From: Candidatus Poseidoniaceae archaeon
GTDB taxonomy: Archaea; Thermoplasmatota; Poseidoniia; Poseidoniales; Poseidoniaceae
Direction of reading: 5' to 3'
NCBI GenBank assembly: GCA_949373235.1
Contig: CASICQ010000003.1
Span: forward strand, 49,136 to 113,135
DNA length: 64,000 nt
Of this stretch, positions 10,201-17,649 are shown piece by piece. Within the stretch, counting starts at the first letter, position 1; every line of letters begins with the position of its first letter. The notes under the pieces were generated by a model. That model searched no databases, had not been told where the DNA came from, and worked only from the letters and a program-made list of their open reading frames with translations. The position numbers and the translations under genes are program-made.

Positions 10201-10630
10201 GGTTCTCATGCGCCGTCGTGACGATGGCGCAGGTAAGGATTTCAATCAACAACAATGGAATCAGGCACCTGCACAACCAATGCCCGCTCAAGCAGGTATG
10301 GCGCCCATGCCAGACTATGCAACAGTGCAACAACCTGTTCAGCCAGCACAACCTGTTCAACACGTGCAACCGGTTCAACCAGCGCAAGTTGCCGCACCAG
10401 TTGCTCCAGTACAGCCTGCAGCAGTTCCTGCACCAGCGCCTGTTGCTACCGCACCTCCACCGCCTGTTGCCACCGCACCTCCTCCACCAGCTCAACCAAC
10501 AACCGTGGCTGATTACACTGGTTTGCCACCTGGTGGCTCCTATGATCAGTCAACCGGACAAACGGTCTACATTCAAGCAGATGGTGTACGATGGCAAATG
10601 ATGGGCGATGGAAGTTTCAATCGACTGTGA
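7214..10630 (+). CDS. Large secreted surface protein (signal peptide, four thrombospondin-type-3-like Ca-binding repeats, C-terminal TM anchor and Pro-rich cytoplasmic tail)
   Basis: There is an N-terminal hydrophobic signal (MRIPVLVILLLASMQPMLAQP). The motif DxDxDGVxDxxDxCPxTxAGAxVDxxGCSEAQNGGG is repeated four times. A TM helix GLIVGSTIGILGVVVGVAVVLM is followed by RRRDD and a PAQPVQ-rich tail. Confidence 0.8.
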   Translation: MLPNGYMRSFGQYYMRIPVLVILLLASMQPMLAQPSFDEGGNPHFADAGSVDVIQEIEPNNLNTTGQEVYPGDVVRGAVDMWSDELDYFGVWLEPGQTLLLTLSHAAGDGVSMSVWDEEGTHLGASNPGKTRDTLFLGEEETDYGGLYIVSVNATMTEAGGGAYVLEIDAGYLVHWYAPAVGWNAATEMFDAKANLLYTESLSSYQFANSASSTASSAPVWTTGDFWNFTVTMPSMMGAEYSEYHQMTVTGTETVSGNECYRVSLEGKMTFSMSFFGMTTTTTDEETGVACYATSDLSLVHENITFTSKMETSGGIGAMSSDETSGRSCTTSDGEPDEDCDGVEDFFDDCSGTAPGAEVDFWGCSEAQNNGGGSGGNDGDSDGVPDTDDDCPNTEAGASVDLNGCSEAQNGGGNGDGGDGNGGSDATDTDGDGVNDNDDMCPDTMAGATVDVMGCSDAQNGGGNNGEDDGSGNGGNGGSGNGGDDGSGGNDLGFGCVPDMSDMSTTTVFRSDLVYAQGMDNFHFPIEEGTVWSEAAVGDGSISMSSEMGGCELFSIDVPASDALPLNYRHLSTKDFTVGNDTVTANGIQVFAGRDGNNDWATPDFTLLPSVPDDVAKMGLPFAAWVNVVGFNEFNAPVNMSASLNAENAPIMFDQYQLTIDDAGTVIVDTMNLTSGEYLLTVTGSSNGGAERSITIPFTVDNDPDFEILTFDPWIVLPQGAEWVVPTPIFIEPVNGFGADVSVSVTVPDGVTAQLDFARGSAPFMSILTLTIPSNLTAGDYTVIVTGAAGSNVHSDELTFTLTSLPEFSLEIEEREQIITNGAMSISGVINAHNGLDLALGGALDIFIEPYNQALLDSAVIEFGAMDSNGDLPFTVTFTVSDTTDRNEYTVNLNVVALDGGIAHMASVAFVTESSTLDGTAVAADASAVVSGNTSQHDGTEEAAQAIANGEEVEQEDQTKDEDDKGDGSSEAQSSNTGLIVGSTIGILGVVVGVAVVLMRRRDDGAGKDFNQQQWNQAPAQPMPAQAGMAPMPDYATVQQPVQPAQPVQHVQPVQPAQVAAPVAPVQPAAVPAPAPVATAPPPPVATAPPPPAQPTTVADYTGLPPGGSYDQSTGQTVYIQADGVRWQMMGDGSFNRL
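8190..8700 (+). repeat. Coding tandem repeats (TSP3-like calcium-binding motifs separated by Gly/Asp/Asn linkers) within the surface protein gene
   Basis: The amino-acid repeat occurs four times: EDCDGVEDFFDDCSGTAPGAEVDFWGCSEAQN, then DSDGVPDTDDDCPNTEAGASVDLNGCSEAQN, then DTDGDGVNDNDDMCPDTMAGATVDVMGCSDAQN, plus a partial fourth copy. Confidence 0.8.
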
Positions 10631-10699
10631 TTGTTTCCTCGACATTGAATATCTTCAACGTCAAGGCTGACGTCAATGAGTCGGGATTCAGCACATTCT

Positions 10700-10830
10700 C
10701 CCACTGTACACCCATTCATGAAATGCATGTTGAGGGTAGCGATCCGACAGACCCACTGAACACCCATTGTACTCCTCCATAATGTCTTGAGGGGTTTGAA
10801 AGAACCCTTGCGATTTCATGGGAATGATAT
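10700..10830 (+). repeat. Intergenic repeat element copy B (with a partial degenerate half-copy immediately upstream)
   Basis: ACTGAACACCCATTGTACTCCTCCATAATGTCTTGAGGGGTTTGAAAGAACCCTTGCGATTTCATGGGAATGAT lies directly 3' of the stop at 10630. CCACTGTACACCCATTCATGAAATGCATGTTGAGGG at 10701..10737 is a degenerate partial copy. Confidence 0.8.
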
Positions 10831-10855
10831 GTCGCTCACTGTATCCTGTTAAGAT

Positions 10856-11227
10856 TCAAAGTGATTTGTCTGCTCGATTTAGCACCCATTCAAACATCGA
10901 TTTAAGACTGGGGTGAAGTGATATTGCATCCTTGGTAAGCGTATATTCGACTGTAGCCGGAACGGTTGCATAAGCAGTACGAGTGACCAACCCATTGGCT
11001 TCAAGTTCGCCCAATCGTCTTGCAACAGTTGTTGAGGAAGAGTCAACCCTCTTTTTTATTTCAGAAAAACGCATTGGCGTAGGATCACAATTCATTATGT
11101 AGAGAATACTGAGCATCTTAGATTTTGAGAGTAAAACCAGTAAATCATCAACATGGCTTCGGGCCGATTCGCACATTGATTCAATGCGCAGTGATTGTAC
11201 TTGAGACATGGAGATCCTAAGTAACAT
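10856..11227 (-). CDS. HxlR-family winged-helix transcriptional regulator
   Basis: CDPTPMRFSEIKKRVDSSSTTVARRLGELEANGLVTRTAYATVPATVEYTLTKDAISL matches the HxlR signature (RFxEL ... LEANGLV ... VEYxLT). The true start may be the internal Met at about 11209. The gene is divergent from an MDR oxidoreductase gene, a common pairing. Confidence 0.75.
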   Translation of the reverse strand: MLLRISMSQVQSLRIESMCESARSHVDDLLVLLSKSKMLSILYIMNCDPTPMRFSEIKKRVDSSSTTVARRLGELEANGLVTRTAYATVPATVEYTLTKDAISLHPSLKSMFEWVLNRADKSL

Positions 11228-11316
11228 TTTGGTATTAAGGCACAGGTTACAACATTGTTACAAAAGAACACTTCTGCCACTTTTTGGTTTATGTACGGAA
11301 GTACTTAGCCGGGGTC

Positions 11317-12420
11317 ATGATGGCACATCCAAACGGCAAAACAATGAACAGCATCGGTTTCTCGAAATACGGCAAACCCGCCCAATTGAAGAAAACGGAG
11401 GTGCCTTATCCACATGGATTTGATGCATCTAAAAATGTAGTCATCAAGGTTCACGCATCTTCGGTTAATCCAGTGGACAAAATACTGCTGTCTGGAGATT
11501 TGAAACTTGTTTTCCCTGTTGCTGAATTCCCTCATGTCATCTCTTATGATGTCGCAGGAGTTGTGGAAAAAGCCGATAGCAAAGGAGTATTTTCGGTAGG
11601 ACAGCCTGTATTTGCTCGCGTATGGGGAGATGTAGATGATGACAAGAAGACACCGTGGTTCAGAGGTGCAATGGCCGAATTTTGTGTTGCACGTACATCT
11701 GATGTTGTCACTAAGCCAGACAGCATCAGTTTCGAGGAAGCCGCATCTATTCCACTCGCTGGAATGACTGCATTCCAGGTACTGAAAGAATCTGGGCTGA
11801 AAGAAGGTGACTCTGTCTTCATCTCCGGAGGGGCTGGTGGAGTTGGCACAATGGCCATTCAATTGGCAAAGCATGTATTCAAAGCAGGACTTGTAGTTAC
11901 CACAGCATCAAAAGGCGAAAAGATGGATTTGTGTAAGAGCCTTGGTGCAGATGAAGTCCTCGATTACAGATCAGAGAACTTTGTCACAGTATATGGAAAC
12001 GATGACAGTACGAAATTCGATGTTTGTTTTGATACAACTGCAGAAGGTCTTGAGATGGTCAAAGTCATCAAAGAAGGGGGACGAATTGTATCTATTGCAG
12101 GAACGCCTACTTTAGATGAAATTAGGAGAATCGGAGGAACTGCTTGGATTCTCAAGTTGTTTTTGAAGAGGAGAGAGAAGCGCAAGGAGTACAAAGCTGC
12201 TCAATCTAAGAACGCTAACTGGACCTACCTCTTCCTTTCACCAAGTCATGAAGATCTCTCAACGCTTGCAAATCATCTCGAAAGCGGTGCGATTAAGCCT
12301 GTGCTTGACGGTGTTTGGGACTTCCATTCAGAAGATCTCGAAGATGGTTGGCAGGGGGCGTTCAATCGCTCTTTTTCAGGTCGAGCAAAGGGGAAATGCG
12401 TTGTGAAAATTTCATCCTAA
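11317..12420 (+). CDS. Medium-chain dehydrogenase/reductase (zeta-crystallin/quinone-oxidoreductase-like)
   Basis: MNSIGFSKYGKPAQL is an MDR-type N-terminus and GGAGGVGTMAIQLAKH is a Rossmann motif. The ORF track starts at TTG 11284. ATG candidates are 11317 and 11344. Confidence 0.65.
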   Translation: MMAHPNGKTMNSIGFSKYGKPAQLKKTEVPYPHGFDASKNVVIKVHASSVNPVDKILLSGDLKLVFPVAEFPHVISYDVAGVVEKADSKGVFSVGQPVFARVWGDVDDDKKTPWFRGAMAEFCVARTSDVVTKPDSISFEEAASIPLAGMTAFQVLKESGLKEGDSVFISGGAGGVGTMAIQLAKHVFKAGLVVTTASKGEKMDLCKSLGADEVLDYRSENFVTVYGNDDSTKFDVCFDTTAEGLEMVKVIKEGGRIVSIAGTPTLDEIRRIGGTAWILKLFLKRREKRKEYKAAQSKNANWTYLFLSPSHEDLSTLANHLESGAIKPVLDGVWDFHSEDLEDGWQGAFNRSFSGRAKGKCVVKISS

Positions 12421-12485
12421 GCATGGTCTGAACGAATTGCGATACCCCTCTGTATACCCTTGCGACAAGCGTCTCACGCGTCGGT

Positions 12486-12562
12486 ACCTAAGGGTTCTTC
12501 CAAACTCCTCAAGACATTATGGAGAAGGACGCTGGGGTTTAATTTCCGAGTACACTGAAGGT
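12486..12562 (-). repeat. Intergenic repeat element copy C (diverged, reverse orientation)
   Basis: CCTCAAGACATTATGGAGAAGGACGCTGGGGTTTAATTTCCGAGTACACTG. The reverse complement shares the conserved CAGTGTACT ... CTCCATAATGTCTTGAGG(A/G)GTTTG(G/T)AAGAACCCT blocks. It lies between two plus-strand genes. Confidence 0.7.
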
Positions 12563-12620
12563 GAAGAACTTACAGAAGTGTTAGCGAGGTAAAATATACT
12601 TCATCGCATTGTTAAATTAC

Positions 12621-14624
12621 ATGGCGAAGAAAACTATACCTGTTGTGCTAATTGTATTACTGCTTGTTGGAGCGTCGGTTCTTGCCCTTCAACGCCACGG
12701 GGAGGCAGGAATCACTCAAGATGGGGAGAACTCTGACGGGTTGCCTCTCGTACCTCTCGTTGAGCGTACCACACAGGGCATTCAAGCCTCAGACGACCTT
12801 CGTATTGCTCTTCAAAATGAGGCATACATGAATCTTGAATTCTACCAAAACAATGCGTATGAATGCGGATTAAGCGGTGTGTACTCATTTATGGTGATGA
12901 ATCCAATCAACAGTGAAGCTGGAGATGAGGCGCCGCTTTGGGTTTACTTACATGGCGGGGGCTCAGGCTATTGGGCTGAAGATGGGACCTATTACGCCGT
13001 AGGTGCACAGACTCAGGACACATGGAACCATGAGGAAACATCCGAAGATCTTCTCGAAACGATTACACTTCGAATTGATTTCATCGGTGGGCAAGTGGAA
13101 GACAACACGTTGTCTCGACGCATCATGGAGGGGTATCGGCTGCTTGTGGTCTCTATGTGCGACCATGACCAATACCTCGGAATGGGGACCGCCATCCCAA
13201 ATCATCCATCAAATCCGAATGCTGAAGTGAACGGTTTACAAGCAACTATGGCGGCCATTGATTACACTGTAGCGAGTTATCCAACGACCAATGTGTTCGT
13301 GCACGGAACAAGTGCGGGTTCCGTTGGCGCCTATGCTGTTGGGTTGAGTTACGCTGCCGAAGGAACAGGTTTGACCGGTGTTGTATCCGATTCGATTCTC
13401 ACCTCACGCAACATCGTGATTCAAGATCTATTTGCTGGAACACCGGGTTTTCCTCAACAGGAAGGGTTTGAGACTTCAGGTGTTGATGCAAAGGTGGGCG
13501 TATGGAGAGACAGTGATAACCTGCTTTCACCGGAGGAAAGAATTGCTGCTGGTTTTGAGATGACGCCCATTCTCCAAATTGGCGGCACAATTGATTCTCA
13601 ATGTGCAGGTGATCGGGCTGCAATCCCCGAAGCCGTTGCGGAAGGATTCGACAACAATTGTAGGTGGCTGGCTCAGCCAATGAAAGACATCCTTAATCTA
13701 CAACCCAACAACCCACACGGGCTGGCATTAATCGAAGGCGAAAAACATGTTCCAACCATTAATGTCGGAGCTTCACATGACATCGTCGATTCATTCATTT
13801 CAGCATCCATTCAACGCTCAATTGCTTACCCGTTTGAAGAAGGAATAACCCTCGATAACGACTGGATGGCTGACCAATTGAGTCCTGACAATCATAACGT
13901 CCTCTACATTGGCCACAGTTTTGGAAATATTTTCGCAAAAACGCTTAGTAATCATGCAGAATTAGCAGGCATTACCAATCATTCACAATACAATGAGGTA
14001 AGTGGAGGGGCATCCGGAGCGCCTGATGCGCTGTGGGCTGATGAAGGGCACCGCGAGACCATCAAGGCTTACTTGGATACTGGTGAAGTCGATGTATTGA
14101 TCATGATTTGTTGCAGCATTGAGTTTATTGAAACCGGTCTCCAATCTGATGCGGCAATTTGGAATTTCACCTCCTATGCCATAGAAAAGAATCCTGATAC
14201 ACACATTGGTTTGGCCATGCCATGGAAAGATTTCCCAGCGGAATATGAGAACGGAACGGAGTACAGAAATCAATCAGATATTGCCTATGATGCCTGGGTG
14301 AATCTCTCCACAAACTTGAGTACTGATTTCCCATCTACTGATGTATTTACATTCAATCATGGGGCAGTCTTGTATGAACTCCGAGATATGTTTGAAGCAG
14401 GTGAACTGGATGGAGACGTTGACCAACTTACAGGACCGAAAGAAACCTCCATTTTCACCGATGCAAAAGGCCACGCAGGGCAAATCGCAATTGATACTGG
14501 TACGCTGGTATGGCTTCATGCCGTGTATGGTATTGAACCCACCAGTGTTCCAGAATTTGATCAATATGAAGTTGATATTCGACAGATTGCTCAGACTGTT
14601 ATTGATGAGCAAAATCAACAGTAG
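12621..14624 (+). CDS. Secreted alpha/beta-hydrolase-fold protein (esterase/lipase-like) with a large C-terminal extension
   Basis: A signal peptide KKTIPVVLIVLLLVGASVLAL is present. PLWVYLHGGGSG is an HGGG oxyanion-hole-like motif. VFVHGTSAGSVGAY is a GxSxG nucleophile elbow. The ORF track starts at TTG 12609; the first ATG is 12621. Confidence 0.5.
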   Translation: MAKKTIPVVLIVLLLVGASVLALQRHGEAGITQDGENSDGLPLVPLVERTTQGIQASDDLRIALQNEAYMNLEFYQNNAYECGLSGVYSFMVMNPINSEAGDEAPLWVYLHGGGSGYWAEDGTYYAVGAQTQDTWNHEETSEDLLETITLRIDFIGGQVEDNTLSRRIMEGYRLLVVSMCDHDQYLGMGTAIPNHPSNPNAEVNGLQATMAAIDYTVASYPTTNVFVHGTSAGSVGAYAVGLSYAAEGTGLTGVVSDSILTSRNIVIQDLFAGTPGFPQQEGFETSGVDAKVGVWRDSDNLLSPEERIAAGFEMTPILQIGGTIDSQCAGDRAAIPEAVAEGFDNNCRWLAQPMKDILNLQPNNPHGLALIEGEKHVPTINVGASHDIVDSFISASIQRSIAYPFEEGITLDNDWMADQLSPDNHNVLYIGHSFGNIFAKTLSNHAELAGITNHSQYNEVSGGASGAPDALWADEGHRETIKAYLDTGEVDVLIMICCSIEFIETGLQSDAAIWNFTSYAIEKNPDTHIGLAMPWKDFPAEYENGTEYRNQSDIAYDAWVNLSTNLSTDFPSTDVFTFNHGAVLYELRDMFEAGELDGDVDQLTGPKETSIFTDAKGHAGQIAIDTGTLVWLHAVYGIEPTSVPEFDQYEVDIRQIAQTVIDEQNQQ

Positions 14625-14629
14625 CGACA

Positions 14630-14725
14630 TATCATTTCCATGAAATCGCGAGGGTTCTTACAAACCCCTCAAGACATTATGGAGGAGTACAATGGGTGTT
14701 CAGTCCCCCAGTACACTGCCTAGCG
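14630..14725 (-). repeat. Intergenic repeat element copy D (reverse orientation; best match to copy A)
   Basis: The reverse complement is CGCTAGGCAGTGTACTGGGGGACTGAACACCCATTGTACTCCTCCATAATGTCTTGAGGGGTTTGTAAGAACCCTCGCGATTTCATGGAAATGAT. It sits between convergent genes ending at 14624 and 14745. Confidence 0.8.
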
Positions 14726-14744
14726 TCTGTATCGGCCCACTGAG

Positions 14745-15779
14745 TTAGTCGAGGCTCGGGGAAAAAAGCGTTGAAAGAGCAATTTGCATCTTTCTGTAAA
14801 AGTTTAGGGTAAGCCTTCGACTCAAAACATCCCCGTTCCGGCGTATCGCTTCTTTCAGAATGGCGTTGTAAGCCATGCACATCAAGCGAGGCGATCTGCG
14901 AGCGTCCTTGTCCAGCAGAGGCAGAAGCCCCAGAGCATTGTTTCGATTCGCAACGACATGGTCGATGTAGTGGCGCATGAAGTTTTGCCATGCTGGGCGT
15001 GTAGCGAGGGTAGGGTCGGTTAGATCATCGTGTGTAAGTCCGAACTTTGCAAGCTCTTCTGTTGGCAAGTATATGCGATTGCGCTCGAGGTCTTCCTGGA
15101 TATCTCTGAGCACGTTCACGAGTTGCAAAAACAATCCCATTTCGACGGCATGGCGCCGAGCGTTTGGGTCGGTGTAACCATAAATTTCGATTAAGCACAG
15201 GCCGACGGTGGATGCCACGCGGTAACAATAACGTCGTAGGTCTTCAAAACGAGCGTAATTTGTTTCAAACAAATCATCTTCCATGCCGTTGATGAGTTCT
15301 CGCAGGTGTTCCAAATCAATCGGATAGCGCTGAGCGGTATCTGCGAGTGCGATGAACATCGGTTCGTTCATTGATTCCCCACGTTCGATGCTGTCAAGTC
15401 GAGCCCTGAACATCATCAAGCCACGCAATCGCAATCGATGCTGTTCCGTTTCATAAATTGGATTTGCTTCTCGTTGATCAAGCAGCGTTGAGCGGCGTTC
15501 TTCTGTCGCCCCGTCAAAGCTGGATAGATCTCCTTCGGGGAGCCAGTCACCGTCGACGATGTCGTCAACCCGCCGGCAGAAGGCATACAACGCATTGACG
15601 GCTTTTCTCTTTGGTTCCGGCAAATGCCTGAACGAGCGGAAGAAGGAACTTGAAGCACCACGGGCAATGGATTCACAATCAATGTATGCCTGTTCAAGAC
15701 GTTCACTGGAAGTTGAACTTCCATCTTCAACCAACAAGAAACTCGATGTCATCTGTTCTTCACCTCCGGTAACAATCAA
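14745..15779 (-). CDS. crtB: Phytoene synthase (squalene/phytoene synthase family)
   Basis: YCYRVASTVGLCLIEIYG and VNVLRDIQEDLERNRIYLP correspond to the two Asp-rich/substrate motifs YCYxVAGTVG and NILRDVxEDxxRGRxYLP of CrtB. Confidence 0.8.
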   Translation of the reverse strand: MIVTGGEEQMTSSFLLVEDGSSTSSERLEQAYIDCESIARGASSSFFRSFRHLPEPKRKAVNALYAFCRRVDDIVDGDWLPEGDLSSFDGATEERRSTLLDQREANPIYETEQHRLRLRGLMMFRARLDSIERGESMNEPMFIALADTAQRYPIDLEHLRELINGMEDDLFETNYARFEDLRRYCYRVASTVGLCLIEIYGYTDPNARRHAVEMGLFLQLVNVLRDIQEDLERNRIYLPTEELAKFGLTHDDLTDPTLATRPAWQNFMRHYIDHVVANRNNALGLLPLLDKDARRSPRLMCMAYNAILKEAIRRNGDVLSRRLTLNFYRKMQIALSTLFSPSLD

Positions 15780-15841
15780 GATTCAACTATGTTCATATTT
15801 GAAGTGTGGTTTTTTTTCCGTCAAAGAAACAGAAAAAAACC
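15780..15841 (-). terminator. Putative intrinsic terminator/intergenic hairpin between the ALDH gene and crtB (minus-strand transcript GGTTTTTTT...AAAAAAAACC, inverted repeat plus U-tract)
   Basis: T8 and A7 runs form an inverted repeat directly after the ALDH stop codon. Archaeal termination commonly uses oligo-T tracts. Confidence 0.35.
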
Positions 15842-17470
15842 TCAAGCGAGTTGAGTCCAGTCAACGTCAGCTTCAGCCATCTCAACTTCCTCAACATCCA
15901 TTTGAGCCAGTTGCAATTTGCCTGAGAGTTCGTCGTTCACTGCATGCCAGTAAGAGTAGGCTTCAATGACCCAAATCCCAGATTCACGGGTTCCGTTGCC
16001 ACTGCCTTTTACACCACCAAACGGTAGGTGAGCTTCTGCACCAGTGGTTGAATTGTTGATGCCGGTCATACCAGCCTTAATCCCGGTCTTGTAGCGGTAG
16101 GCCTCAAGGCGGTCGTTGGTGTAGATCGCAGACGAGAGACCGTATGGGCTAGCGTTGGCCAAGTGAAGAGCGTGATCGAAATCCCGTGCCTTGCAAATGG
16201 TGATTGCAGGTCCAAACACTTCTTCGTGGAAGCATTCCATGTCTTCGGTGACATCGGTGAAAACGTGTGGCCACATGTAGACGCCATCTTCAGCAGTGCT
16301 GAGGAAGTTTGTTGGCTTGTTGTCGCTGGAGATGCGGCCTTTGCCGTGAATGAGGTTTGCACCAGATGCCTTGCACATTTCGACAGCGACTAAGAAGTCC
16401 TTGGCGTATTTCTCAGAAAGCATTGGACCGTAAAGCACGCCATCATGGACCAACGAATCGCCGATTCTTGTGGCTTCAACTTTCGCCATGAGTTTTGTCA
16501 TAAACTCGTCGTAAATATCTTCGTGAAGAATGAGGTTTCCAAGGGAAGTGCAGCGTTGTCCAGCCGTTCCAAAGCCGCCCCAATAAGCACCCTCAACAGC
16601 GTTGTCAAGGTTCGCCGATGGCATGACGACAAGGGGGTTCTTTCCGCCCAATTCAAGCGAACATGAAACCAAGTTGCGCCCACAGACTTCGCCGATCATC
16701 TTGCCGACTTCGGTTGAACCGGTAAAGGAGATTTTGTTGACTCGACCTTCATCGACTGCGTCGACCAAGTGCTGGCCAGCGCCGCTGCCTTTCCCGTGGA
16801 CGAGGTTAATCACACCGTTGGGCAGGCCTGCCTCGTGCATAATACGGGCAAGGGCAAACGAAAGCAAAGGTGCGTCTTGTGGACTCTTCCAAACGCAAGT
16901 GTTTCCGCACATGATGGCTGGAATCATCTTCCAGAAAGGTACGGCTGCAGGGAAGTTGCAGGCGTTGATGATGCCACAAACGCCAAGCGGGCGGCGGTAG
17001 GTGAACAGTTCCTTGTCAGGAAGTTCGGAATTGACGGTCTGACCGTACAAACGGCGGCCTTCAGACTGGAAGAACAAGCACGTGTCAATGGCTTCTTGAA
17101 CTGAACCTGCGGCTTCTTTCAGCGTCTTTCCAATTTCACGGGTTTCCAAAGCGACGATGGCATCTTTGTGATCCATGAGCAATCGACCCATGTTGCCAAT
17201 GATTTGGCCACGGGTTGGAGCGGGCGTTGCGGCCCATCCGGGGAAGGCTTCGTGTGCTGCATCCAATGCTGCGTTCACATCTGCTTTGGTCGACAATGGG
17301 AATTCTCCGAGGTGATCCTTGAGCAGAGCGGGATTCATCGAGGAAAAGGTTGCACCGTCACTGGCCAAGGTGAGTTGACCATTGATGATGTTGTAGCCAC
17401 GAACAGCCGGTTTTCCATTTGGATTTTCGTTGGCGAGGAACTCAAGACCAGTTTCTAAAACATGAACCAT
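15842..17470 (-). CDS. NAD(P)-dependent aldehyde dehydrogenase (possibly 1-pyrroline-5-carboxylate/glutamate-semialdehyde dehydrogenase subtype)
   Basis: FTGSTEVGKMI, LELGGKNP and catalytic-Cys context GQRCTS are ALDH superfamily motifs. The 542-aa length fits P5C dehydrogenases. The subtype assignment is inference. Confidence 0.75.
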   Translation of the reverse strand: MVHVLETGLEFLANENPNGKPAVRGYNIINGQLTLASDGATFSSMNPALLKDHLGEFPLSTKADVNAALDAAHEAFPGWAATPAPTRGQIIGNMGRLLMDHKDAIVALETREIGKTLKEAAGSVQEAIDTCLFFQSEGRRLYGQTVNSELPDKELFTYRRPLGVCGIINACNFPAAVPFWKMIPAIMCGNTCVWKSPQDAPLLSFALARIMHEAGLPNGVINLVHGKGSGAGQHLVDAVDEGRVNKISFTGSTEVGKMIGEVCGRNLVSCSLELGGKNPLVVMPSANLDNAVEGAYWGGFGTAGQRCTSLGNLILHEDIYDEFMTKLMAKVEATRIGDSLVHDGVLYGPMLSEKYAKDFLVAVEMCKASGANLIHGKGRISSDNKPTNFLSTAEDGVYMWPHVFTDVTEDMECFHEEVFGPAITICKARDFDHALHLANASPYGLSSAIYTNDRLEAYRYKTGIKAGMTGINNSTTGAEAHLPFGGVKGSGNGTRESGIWVIEAYSYWHAVNDELSGKLQLAQMDVEEVEMAEADVDWTQLA

Positions 17471-17608
17471 GGTTTGGCCAATAAAACGCCCCTCTTCAAA
17501 GTGATGGAGTCAGAGGGTCGAAGTTCGTGGACCTAAAATCATGAAAAATCGACATTAGGTTAAAAGGGGGTCGACTTGAACCGAAGAAGGAGAGGGGTTG
17601 CACCGAGG

Positions 17609-17615
17609 TTTAAAT
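17609..17615 (+). promoter_or_regulatory. Putative TATA box (TTTAAAT) upstream of cdc48
   Basis: It is located about 35 nt upstream of ATG 17650, in a 180-nt intergenic region. Confidence 0.35.
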
Positions 17616-17649
17616 GAACTCGACTACCTAACTCTTGGAAGTGAACAAT

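Noticed and set aside
10591-10782. Small ORFs 10591..10782 (+) and 14677..14991 (-) ending in ...LNTHCTPP
   Set aside because: Their shared C-terminal peptide is simply the translation of the conserved intergenic repeat element. They are created by the repeat and are not genes.
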